Origin: Eledone cirrhosa
Lineage: Eukaryota
Direction of reading: 5' to 3'
Assembly (NCBI GenBank): GCA_964016885.1
Contig: OZ024740.1
Location: forward strand, 431,334,001-431,398,000
Length of the DNA stretch: 64,000 bases
The notes under the pieces: generated by a model
What the model saw: the letters and a program-made list of their open reading frames with translations, nothing else
Told to the model about the DNA's origin: nothing
Databases searched by the model: none
In this document: positions 45,001 to 54,896 of the stretch, piece by piece
Numbering within the stretch: the first letter of the stretch is position 1
Layout of the letters: every line of letters starts with the position of its first letter
Made by a program: the position numbers and the translations under genes

Positions 45001-48000
45001 TCTTTAGAGAGGTTGTTATTCCCTTAACAGGAGTAAAGAGTCCTCTCTACCTTACATGTCTCCAATTGTCAATCTTTACAGAGAGGTTGTTATTCCCTTA
45101 ACAGGAGTAAAGAGTCCACTCTACTTTACATGTCTCCAATTGTCAATCTTTAGAGAAGTTGTTATTCCCTTAACAGGAGTAAAGAGTCCTCTCTACCTTA
45201 CATGTCTCCAATTGTCAATCTTTAGAGAGGTTGTTATTCCCTTAACAGGAGTAAAGAGTGCTCTCTACCTTACATGTCTCCAATTGTCAATCTTTAGAGA
45301 GGTTGTTATTCCCTTAACAGGAGTAAAGAGTCCTCTCTACCTTACATGTCTCCAATTGTCAATCTTTAGAGAGGTTGTTATTCCCTTAACAGGAGTAAAG
45401 AGTCCTCTCTACCTTACATGTCTCCAATTGTCAATCTTTACAGAGAGGTTGTTATTCCCTTAACAGGAGTAAAGAATCCTCTCTACTTTACATGTCTCCA
45501 ATTGTCAATCTTTAGAGAGGTTGTTATTCCCTTAACAGGAGTAAAGAGTCCTCTCTACCTTACATGTCTCCAATTGTCAATCTTTAGAGAGGTTGTTATT
45601 CCCTTAACAGGAGTAAAGAGTCCTCTCTACCTTACATGTCTCCAATTGTCAATCTTTAGAGAGGTTGTTATTCCCTTAACAGGAGTAAAGAGTGCTCTCT
45701 ACCTTACATGTCTCCAATTGTCAATCTTTAGAGAGGTTGTTATTCCCTTAACAGGAGTAGAGAGTCCTCTCTACCTTACATGTCTCCAATTGTCAATCTT
45801 TACAGAGAGGTTGTTATTCCCTTAACAGGAGTAAAGAATCCTCTCTACTTTACATGTCTCCAATTGTCAATCTTTAGAGAGGTTGTTATTCCCTTAACAG
45901 GAGTAAAGAGTCCTCTCTACCTTACATGTCTCCAATTGTCAATCTTTAGAGAGGTTGTTATTCCCTTAACAGGAGTAAAGAGTCCTCTCTACCTTAAATG
46001 TCTCCAATTGTCAATCTTTAGAGAGGTTGTTATTCCCTTAACAGGAGTAAAGAGTGCTCTCTACCTTACATGTCTCCAATTGTCAATCTTTAGAGAGGTT
46101 TTTATTCCCTTAACAGGAGTAAAGAGTCCTCTCTACCTTACATGTCTCCAATTGTCAATCTTTAGAGAGGTTGTTATTCCCTTAACAGGAGTAAAGAGTC
46201 CTCTCTACTTTACATGTCTCAAATTGTCAATCTTTAGAGAGGTTGTTATTCCCTTAACAGGAGTAGAGAGTCCTCTCTACCTTACATGTCTCCAATTGTC
46301 AATCTTTACAGAGATGTTGTTATTCCCTTAACAGGAGTAAAGAATCCTCTCTACTTTACATGTCTCCAATTGTCAATCTTTAGAGAGGTTGTTATTCCCT
46401 TAACAGGAGTAAAGAGTCCTCTCTACCTTACATGTCTCCAATTGTCAATCTTTAGAGAGGTTGTTATTCCCTTAACAGGAGTAAAGAGTCCTCTCTACTT
46501 TACATGTCTCAAATTGTCAATCTTTAGAGAGGTTGTTATTCCCTTAACAGGAGTAAAGAGTCCTCTCTACCTTACATGTCTCCAATTGTCAATCTTTAGA
46601 GAGGTTGTTATTCCCTTAACAGGAGTAAAGAGTCCTCTCTACTTTACATGTCTCCAATTGTCAATCTTTAGAGAGGTTGTTATTCCCTTAACGGGAGTAA
46701 AGAGTCCTCTCTACCTTACATGTCTCCAATTGTCAATCTTTAGAGAGGTTGTTATTCCCTTAACAGGAGTAAAGAGTCCTCTCTACCTTACATGTCTCCA
46801 ATTGTCAATCTTTAGAGAGGTTGTTATTCCCTTAACAGGAGTAAAGAGTGCTCTCTACCTTACATGTCTCCAATTGTCAATCTTTAGAGAGGTTGTTATT
46901 CCCTTAACAGGAGTAAAGAGTCCTCTCTACCTTACATGTCTCCAATTGTCAATCTTTAGAGAGGTTGTTATTCCCTTAACAGGAGTAAAGAGTCCTCTCT
47001 ACCTTACATGTCTCCAATTGTCAATCTTTAGAGAGGTTGTTATTCCCTTAACAGGAGTAAAGAGTCCTCTCTACCTTACATGTCTACAATTGTCAATCTT
47101 TAGAGAGGTTGTTATTCCCTTAACAGGAGTAAAGAGTGCTCTCTACCTTACATGTCTCCAATTGTCAATCTTTAGAGAGGTTGTTATTCCCTTAACAGGA
47201 GTAAAGAGTCCTCTCTACCTTACATGTCTCCAATTGTCAATCTTTAGAGAGGTTGTTATTCCCTTAACAGGAGTAAAGAGTCCTCTCTACTTTACATGTC
47301 TCAAATTGTCAATCTTTAGAGAGGTTGTTATTCCCTTAACAGGAGTAAAGAGTCCTCTCTACCTTACATGTCTCCAATTGTCAATCTTTAGAGAGGTTGT
47401 TATTCCCTTAACAGGAGTAAAGAGTCCTCTCTACTTTACATGTCTCCAATTGTCAATCTTTAGAGGAGGTTGTTATTCCCTTAACGGGAGTAAAGAGTCC
47501 TCTCTACCTTACATGTCTCCAATTGTCAATCTTTAGAGAGGTTGTTATTCCCTTAACAGGAGTAAAGAGTCCTCTCTACCTTACATGTCTCCAATTGTCA
47601 ATCTTTAGAGAGGTTGTTATTCCCTTAACAGGAGTAAAGAGTGCTCTCTACCTTACATGTCTCCAATTGTCAATCTTTAGAGAGGTTGTTATTCCCTTAA
47701 CAGGAGTAAAGAGTCCTCTCTACCTTACATGTCTCCAATTGTCAATCTTTAGAGAGGTTGTTATTCCCTTAACAGGAGTAAAGAGTGCTCTCTACCTTAC
47801 ATGTCTCCAATTGTCAATCTTTAGAGAGGTTGTTATTCCCTTAACAGGAGTAAAGAGTCCTCTCTACCTTACATGTCTCCAATTGTCAATCTTTAGAGAG
47901 GTTGTTATTCCCTTAACAGGAGTAAAGAGTCCTCTCTACCTTACATGTCTCCAATTGTCAATCTTTAGAGAGGTTGTTATTCCCTTAACAGGAGTAAAGA

Positions 48001-49849
48001 GTCCTCTCTACTTTACATGTCTCCAATTGTCAATCTTTAGAGAGGTTGTTATTCCCTTAACGGGAGTAAAGAGTCCTCTCTACCTTACATGTCTCCAATT
48101 GTCAATCTTTAGAGAGGTTGTTATTCCCTTAACAGGAGTAAAGAGTCCTCTCTACCTTACATGTCTCCAATTGTCAATCTTTAGAGAGGTTGTTATTTCC
48201 TTAACAGGAGTAAAGAGTGCTCTCTACCTTACATGTCTCCAATTGTCAATCTTTAGAGAGGTTGTTATTCCCTTAACAGGAGTAAAGAGTCCTCTCTACC
48301 TTACATGTCTCCAATTGTCAATCTTTAGAGAGGTTGTTATTCCCTTAACAGGAGTAAAGAGTGCTCTCTACCTTACATGTCTCCAATTGTCAATCTTTAG
48401 AGAGGTTGTTATTCCCTTAACAGGAGTAAAGAGTCCTCTCTACCTTGCATGTCTCCAATCGTCAATCTTTAGAGAGGTTGTTATTCCCTTAACAGGAGTA
48501 AAGAGTCCTCTCTACCTTACATGTCTCCAATTGTCAATCTTTACAGAGAGGTTGTTATTCCCTTAACAGGAGTAAAGAGTCCACTCTACTTTACATGTCT
48601 CCAATTGTCAATCTTTAGAGAAGTTGTTATTCCCTTAACAGGAGTAAAGAGTCCTCTCTACCTTACATGTCTCCAATTGTCAATCTTTAGAGAGGTTGTT
48701 ATTCCCTTAACAGGAGTAAAGAGTGCTCTCTACCTTACATGTCTCCAATTGTCAATCTTTAGAGAGGTTGTTATTCCCTTAACAGGAGTAAAGAGTCCTC
48801 TCTACCTTACATGTCTCCAATTGTCAATCTTTAGAGAGGTTGTTATTCCCTTAACAGGAGTAAAGAGTCCTCTCTACCTTACATGTCTCCAATTGTCAAT
48901 CTTTACAGAGAGGTTGTTATTCCCTTAACAGGAGTAAAGAGTCCTCTCTACCTTACATGTCTCCAATTGTCAATCTTTACAGAGAGGTTGTTATTCCCTT
49001 AACAGGAGTAAAGAGTCCTCTCTACCTTACATGTCTCCAATTGTCAATCTTTAGAGAGGTTGTTATTCCCTTAACAGGAGTAAAGAGTCCTCTCTACTTT
49101 ACATGTCTCAAATTGTCAATCTTTAGAGAGGTTGTTATTCCCTTAACAGGAGTAGAGAGTCCTCTCTACCTTACATGTCTCCAATTGTCAATCTTTACAG
49201 AGAGGTTGTTATTCCCTTAACAGGAGTAAAGAATCCTCTCTACTTTACATGTCTCCAATTGTCAATCTTTAGAGAGGTTGTTATTCCCTTAACAGGAGTA
49301 AAGAGTGCTCTCTACCTTACATGTCTCCAATTGTCAATCTTTAGAGAGGTTGTTATTCCCTTAACAGGAGTAAAGAGTCCTCTCTACCTTACATGTCTCC
49401 AATTGTCAATCTTTAGAGAGGTTGTTATTCCCTTAACAGGAGTAAAGAGTCCTCTCTACCTTACATGTCTCCAATTGTCAATCTTTACAGAGAGGTTGTT
49501 ATTCCCTTAACAGGAGTAAAGAGTCCTCTCTACCTTACATGTCTCCAATTGTCAATCTTTACAGAGAGGTTGTTATTCCCTTAACAGGAGTAAAGAGTCC
49601 TCTCTACCTTACATGTCTCCAATTGTCAATCTTTACAGAGAGGTTGTTATTCCCTTAACAGGAGTAAAGAGTCCTCTCTACCTTACATGTCTCCAATTGT
49701 CAATCTTTAGAGAGGTTGTTATTCCCTTAACAGGAGTAAAGAGTCCTCTCTACTTTACATGTCTCCAATTGTCAATCTTTACAGAGAGGTTGTTATTCCC
49801 TTAACAGGAGTAAAGAGTCCTCTCTACCTTACATGTCTCCAATTGTCAA
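1..49849. repeat. 72-bp satellite DNA array, about 690 head-to-tail monomers, continuing beyond the left edge
   Basis: Consensus ACATGTCTCCAATTGTCAATCTTTAGAGAGGTTGTTATTCCCTTAACAGGAGTAAAGAGTCCTCTCTACCTT read directly. Monomers carry about 0-3 substitutions plus recurrent 70-, 73- and 74-bp indel variants. The array ends abruptly at ...AATTGTCAA (49849). Confidence 0.99.
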
Positions 49850-49947
49850 ACACTTTACAGACCAACAAGTGATTTAAGGCCATTTCCTTGCTTAAGTAGG
49901 GGTTAACCTTACTAGCACCTTGACATCGAGTACTTTCTGAGGCAAAG

Positions 49948-49980
49948 TTTTACAGCTAGATGCCCTTTCTAATGCCAACC
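49948..49980 (-). mobile_element. Short SINE-like fragment
   Basis: The reverse complement of TTTTACAGCTAGATGCCCTTTCTAATGCCAA aligns loosely with TTGGTGTGAGGAAGGACAAGTGGATGTAAAA at about 50120. It resembles a common cephalopod SINE segment (recalled, not database-checked). Confidence 0.4.
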
Positions 49981-50118
49981 CTCTTAGTTGCCTGCTATGA
50001 AACAGACATATGCTGTCCTTATTCTAAACTGGATATACACTGTAAATCTCTCTCTATATATATCCAGTTTAGAATATGTTCACCATGGCCTTGTATATCA
50101 GAAGAAACAACAAAAATG

Positions 50119-50227
50119 TTTGGTGTGAGGAAGGACAAGTGGATGTAAAATATTATCTCAAAAAGTATCCTCCAACCCATGTCAACATTGAAAATTTAAC
50201 ATTAAAATGATGACGATGATGATGATA
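50119..50227 (+). mobile_element. 3' end of a SINE-like element with an RTE-type (GAT)n tail
   Basis: CCAACCCATGTCAACATTGAAAATTTAACATTAAAATGATGACGATGATGATGAT resembles the 3' terminus of the RTE LINE fragment at 56881-56950 (minus strand). Confidence 0.6.
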
Positions 50228-50272
50228 TCTATATATGGCACTTGATTGTTCCTCACACACCAGAACATATAA

Positions 50273-50650
50273 TATCGTCATTTAACATCCATTTTTCCAC
50301 TCTAGCACACTTTAATGGGCCGTCACAAGTCAGTACACTATCGGAATGACACTCCACATTCACAGGCTAGGGATTATAGATGGTCCTACACTTTACACAG
50401 TATACTGGGTGTGTTTTATCATGGGAGGTTGTTGTGCCCTTGACACAACAGTGTACTGAGTGCATATTTTGTGGCACCAGAGCTAGAAAGGTTGTCATGT
50501 CATCTCAATTCTTTTGACATAGCTTCTCTAACAATATGACCTTCCTATGACCAAACACATTACAGAGTGTACTGGGTGCATTTTATGGTGGCACCAGTAT
50601 GAGGAATGTTGTCAGTTATTGGACTTGACAGAAAAACCCTCTTTACCCCA
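50273..50650 (-). mobile_element. Degenerate SINE-like element with about three internal subrepeats
   Basis: RTE-like tail in minus orientation at 50273 (ATCGTCATTTAACATCCATTTTTCCA). An internal motif of the form AGTGTACTGGGTGCATTTT...GGCACCAG...AGGTTGTC recurs, degenerately, at about 50390, 50450 and 50560. Confidence 0.55.
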
Positions 50651-50725
50651 GGGGCAGGATGTGTATCTAGTATTTATGAACAAAACATTAGTTATAATTA
50701 AAAAAATTTCTTTTAATTGAATTAC

Positions 50726-50780
50726 GTTAGAAAAACGGACTTCATCCCTAACAAGTAAATAACTCAATCGAATACATTTT
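50726..50780 (-). CDS. Weak candidate internal exon (KCIRLSYLLVRDEVRFSN, phase 2 to phase 0)
   Basis: Strong acceptor TTTTGCTCTTCTAATTACAG and donor AAC|GTAATT on the minus strand, with one open frame. It is not directly phase-compatible with the exon at 54860; spliced in phase 1 it gives ENVFD*. Confidence 0.2.
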
Positions 50781-50846
50781 CTGTAATTAGAAGAGCAAAA
50801 GTGTAAATTATCTATCTATCTATATATATTCCTCACCGGTCAACCG

Positions 50847-51630
50847 GTGTGGGCCTCGTTTGTGAGCCGAACCTTTCCCAGACTCGTCTCACTCACCGAG
50901 CTGCAATCCTGGGTCAAGCAAAGACCGAGAAAACTGGGCGCCTGGCACACTGAGTGTGCCCAGGCGCTCACCGCCCTCTGGCAGGCGGATCCGGTTATCA
51001 GTGGAGACTCCACCGCAACATTCTATAGAGGGCTGGTACGCAGCAGGTGCGACGACGCCCTCGGAGAAACCCTAGACATGGAGGAGGACGAACTGGCCAG
51101 CCTGTTCGGTAGGACATTCAGCCCGGGACCAATGGACAACTTCCAGAAGTCCCTGGCCTGGCAGTGCTACCGAGGGGCTCTACCCGTTCGAGAAAAGCTC
51201 TACAGACACGGGCGCCCGGGTAGGGACCCCGCCAAAAAGATCTGTCCCAGATGCGTGTGCGACGAGGAAACCGTTGCACACGCATTGGTACACTGCTCGG
51301 GCGTAGCCGATCTGTGGGGCTATGTCGAACAACTGCTGTCAAGGGTGGGACCGATCCGGTTTACCACAGTCTATTGTAATGATCAAGCCGCCTCCCCCCT
51401 TCAAAGATGAAGGAGAAGCGGTGTTTCTGTGCGTAATAGCCATGGTGAAAGAAGTTGTATGGTGGACGCGTCTGAAAGGACTGAGGTCAGGCACCTTTCT
51501 CTCTGGCCAACAACTGGTCCGTTTCTTCCGATATCATTTCGGAAGAAGGATCAGGATTTTTTATGAAAGGTGGGTGAAAGTGGCGAGAATGGCCCGTGTG
51601 AATGGGCCTTCTCTTTACATAAGCCTGTAG
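50847..51630 (+). pseudogene. Frameshifted C-terminus of Tx1/L1 ORF2
   Basis: ORFs 50847-51410 and 51322-51630 join through a frameshift near 51360-51370 into a typical Tx1 C-terminus (zf-RVT, then ...VVWWTRLK...FYERW...). Confidence 0.8.
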
Positions 51631-51881
51631 GTAGAAAAGAGGAAGGAACGAGGGAGCACCCCCTCTCTGTGCTCCTGAGGAAAAAGGTTGCACACTTTTT
51701 TCGGGGATGTGTGCGACCCCCCAAGGCGCCTCCTCTCTATTGAGGATTTTGTTATGAATTTTATTTTTTGTTATATTTTATTTTATTTTTATATATTGTT
51801 ATTGCCTCCTCCTTATTGAGGACGCCTTTTTGTGTAAACTCCCCCCATTGTACTTGTCCCACTTTTGATGCTCTGGTGGTA

Positions 51882-51887
51882 AATAAA
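51882..51887 (+). promoter_or_regulatory. Polyadenylation signal of the Tx1/L1 element
   Basis: AATAAA lies immediately before the A-rich element end and the (TA)n tract. Confidence 0.6.
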
Positions 51888-51894
51888 AGAAACA

Positions 51895-51931
51895 TATCTA
51901 TATATATATATATATATATATATAGTATTAT

Positions 51932-51973
<42 letters not shown>

Positions 51974-52007
51974 TTATTATTATATATATATATATATATA
52001 TGTGTGT
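51895..52007. repeat. Compound (TA)n microsatellite with a duplicated GTATTATTAT interruption
   Basis: Seen directly. Confidence 0.95.
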
Positions 52008-52701
52008 ATTAGTCTACAAAATACTAAGAAATTGATTTAAAATACGGTTGCCATGAATTTGAGGAATTAAACATTTACTATGTATAAGAGTTAAAACTAA
52101 AACTAATTTTATATTAGAATTATCTGGGAGTTTATTATTTAATCAGCAATTTCCAATAATCTAGAATACGGAAATCAATTACGAACCAATCTGTGGCCTG
52201 GGTAATATATATATATATATTAAAATTGGAAACCAACAATTTCGTTTAGCTACGCCAGTGGTTTTTTATGTTTTGTTATAAATGTAAATGAAAAATACGA
52301 CGAATGATCTAGAGAAGAGTATTTAATGAAATAATTAGCGAATGGATTCGGGAAATGAAGGTCAGTAGACCTGACGATGTTTATAAACAGAGAAACTGGG
52401 GGAATCTTCCTCCATTTCCAGACGGAAAGTAACAATATATTTATTTTTTAACATTGTTTTTAAGACAGTAAAATATTTGATTGGATCGAAGTTGTGATAA
52501 AGGTGTTTCGAAATTACCAGAATCTTAATACAAAATAACAATATTAGAGAGAAAACTAACATCAAATTGAATAAATGACCAATGTAAAAAGTAATAATTG
52601 CTTTAAAAACACAATTTTCATAAAGTATTTTATAAATAAGGAAACTATATATATATATATAAATAATCGAAAATATATGGAGTAAGCAAGACATATGAAA
52701 T

Positions 52702-52715
52702 ACACACACACACAC

Positions 52716-52768
<53 letters not shown>
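52702..52768. repeat. (CA)n(TA)n(TG)n microsatellite
   Basis: Seen directly. Confidence 0.95.
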
Positions 52769-52895
52769 AGTTGATGGCTGAGATAAAGGAGTACTCAATA
52801 CCGAAGTAGAATTTAAATAGTGAGTCTTATTCTGGAGTTTCTCCTAAACAGTCGAAACTCCAGAGTAATAAGACTCTCTATTTACTCTTAATAAA

Positions 52896-52897
<2 letters not shown>
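52769..52897. mobile_element. Small inverted-repeat insert between microsatellites, possibly a Penelope-like pLTR remnant
   Basis: Arms 52814-52841 and 52854-52884 are reverse complements with one 3-nt bulge and one mismatch. The right arm contains GAAACTCCAGAGTA, a hammerhead 3'-half-like motif. The family assignment is inference. Confidence 0.5.
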
Positions 52898-52940
<43 letters not shown>

Positions 52941-52941
52941 A

Positions 52942-52987
<46 letters not shown>
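52898..52987. repeat. (TA)n/(CA)n microsatellite
   Basis: Seen directly. Confidence 0.95.
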
Positions 52988-52990
<3 letters not shown>

Positions 52991-53172
52991 GATTTAACTA
53001 GTAAGATCATTATTCGGCAGAGTACTCAATACTAGAGATAGTAGAGTGTGATTATATTAGAAACAGTCGGGGCCCGACGGCTGAGCTCTTGCTATTTCGA
53101 CAGCCAGTTCCAGAGTCTGGAATGGAATTAGTTGTCGAAACAGCAAGAGCTCAGCCGTCGGGCCCGACTCTT
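52988..53172. mobile_element. GC-rich palindromic insert in (TA)n, MITE-like or Penelope-like remnant
   Basis: Arms 53065-53112 and 53123-53169 (about 47 bp) are reverse complements with 4 mismatches and 1 indel. It shares the upstream motif GAGTACTCAATAC with the insert at 52769-52897. Confidence 0.55.
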
Positions 53173-53462
53173 TATATATATATATAAAGTGTGGGAGTGA
53201 AATACACGTATGTGTGTGTAAACATACAAACACTTGAAATAGCTCTTCTTACAAATTGTTTCTAAAACTATCAAGCTTTACATATTTAGTTATCCTCAGA
53301 GTTCATTATATTTTTCATCCATGAGTAAAAGCTAAAACGAAGCTAAGTTAATATATTTTTACTGACAACCCTACAAAATCATGTGAGCCATTATCAATTT
53401 TCTAATTTGCACGAATTTTCTTCTAATCATTCATTGTTTTGTTAGGAAGGAAAAACCAATGT

Positions 53463-53506
53463 CACACACACTATACATATATATAATAGTATGTGTGTCA
53501 CACACA

Positions 53507-53550
<44 letters not shown>
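53463..53550. repeat. Compound (CA)n/(TA)n microsatellite
   Basis: Seen directly. Confidence 0.9.
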
Positions 53551-53553
<3 letters not shown>

Positions 53554-54449
53554 GTGTGTGAGAGAGAAAGTGTATATAATGTAAGAACAAGAGAGTGAAC
53601 CCGAGAGATTTGAGAAAAGAGCGAGGTAATGACAGTAAGAGAGTAAGATGTGTATATAGAAATAGTAATATTTGAAGGTAGTAGAGTCCACTTGGAATAT
53701 AGTAGACATTTCGAATGAAGGGAGAAATAGAAGAAAAAGGGGTTACATCAAGTTGTTGCATAGAAATATTTGAGAAAACAAACTATAATATAGTGAAATA
53801 TCTTGGTGAAATAGTCGACAGTATATAAAGATACTAAAAGCCATCATCTTGTTGGCAACTGAGAAACGTAGAGAAATATTGAATATTTAAAATAGGTTTA
53901 ATGATAAAGTAAAAATTAATTCTAACAAAGGTGTGTAAGAATGGAATTTCAGAAACTTAGCAAATATGAGAAGAAAATAAGACATATATATCTCTTGTCT
54001 CTTGATGAGATGACTGGAGATGTTGAAATATAAGAATATTGTGAAATATTGAGGTTTCTGGTAAATGAGAGGTGATAAAACATTTGTCATTGATTAAACA
54101 GAAGAAATGGAAAACACAAACAACCTTGTAAAACAATCAATTCTATAATATATTCAATGTGAAATATTATAGAAGATTTAGAAAGTGTTAAGAGAGGAAA
54201 GAGTGGACTATTGATGGTTGAAATGTCGCCTCCTACAAGTGACAGAGTAAAAAGACAGGCTGGTCGTACGAAAATCAATAATTAACAATTAGCTAACATT
54301 TTTTTTTTTTTTTGTTAAATAGCAAAAGCTCCAAGCTAACAATGTTTTGTTAAATGCAACATGTGAAATATTTAGTGATAATAATAATAATCAGAGAAAT
54401 AATAAAGTGCTAAGTGGAGAGATTTTAAAAGTGGGAGAAGGAAACGATT

Positions 54450-54750
54450 ATCCTTTTGTCAATTAGGATTTTTAAAACGTTCCTTTCGGAGAAAATGTCC
54501 CTGGAGAGTTTCTATCAGCTAAAAGCCATGTTTAAAAGATTGTAAAGGCGAAAAGAGGAAAAACATAGCCGTTTTATTAGGTGTTTAATCAGTAAGAAAT
54601 ATTAAAAGTGATGAGTGTGAAAGAAAATGTAATTTTCAATAAGGTAAGAGGAATGATGATAAGAGAGAAATATAAGTTGGAATAATAGAGAAAATGGCGC
54701 CTACAAACAATATGACAACACTGAGAGAGTTTATAGGAAAAACAGAGTAA
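54450..54750 (+). pseudogene. Highly degraded Ty3/Gypsy-like reverse transcriptase remnant
   Basis: Manual translation gives NVPFGENVPGEF (54476-54511; compare Gypsy VMPFGLKNAPATF) and IEKMAPTNNMTTLREFIGK (54685-54741; compare I..MPxPTNVTELRSFLG). No recognisable YxDD motif. It lies in a purine-skewed tract (53560-54840). Confidence 0.35.
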
Positions 54751-54859
54751 GATAAGGAAGAATAATGAATGAAAGAAAACAAACCACTTGTTTATGTGTT
54801 ATCTGTAAGAAAAAGGTGAATTTATGAAAGAGAATGAGTATTAAAGTTGAAATGCTTAC

Positions 54860-54896
54860 CTTCAACGGTGCTGTTATTAGCCATATTGAGACTTTC
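54860..54896 (-). CDS. Candidate exon C (ESLNMANNSTVE, phase 0 to phase 1) of an unidentified host gene
   Basis: Acceptor CTCCTTGTTCAG|G and near-consensus donor AAG|GTAAGC; 37 nt; open frame. Confidence 0.5.

Larger units (their letters stand above)
50831..51894 (+). mobile_element. 5'-truncated Tx1/L1-clade non-LTR retrotransposon
   Basis: GC-rich island encoding an ORF2 C-terminal zf-RVT/CCHC motif (AWQCYRGALPVREKL...CPRC...ETVAHALVHC...LW), followed by a T-rich 3' UTR, AATAAA and an A-rich end. Candidate target-site duplication TATCTATATATAT at 50817-50829 and 51895-51907. Confidence 0.88.

Noticed and set aside
13-49804. About 110 plus-strand ORFs of (LSIFREVVIPLTGVKSPLYLTCLQ)n, up to 783 aa (41228-43579)
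   Set aside because: One frame of the 72-bp monomer happens to lack stops. Recurrent +1, +2 and -2 indels and nonsense variants are freely propagated, so there is no sign of coding selection.
1-49849. CRISPR-like array (72-bp period with internal dyad symmetry)
   Set aside because: There are no unique spacers because the whole unit is repeated. There are no cas genes and the context is eukaryotic.
51768-54278. Short ORFs rich in YI repeats or hydrophobic residues
   Set aside because: These are translations of (TA)n tracts or of the pyrimidine-rich antisense strand of an AT-rich region.
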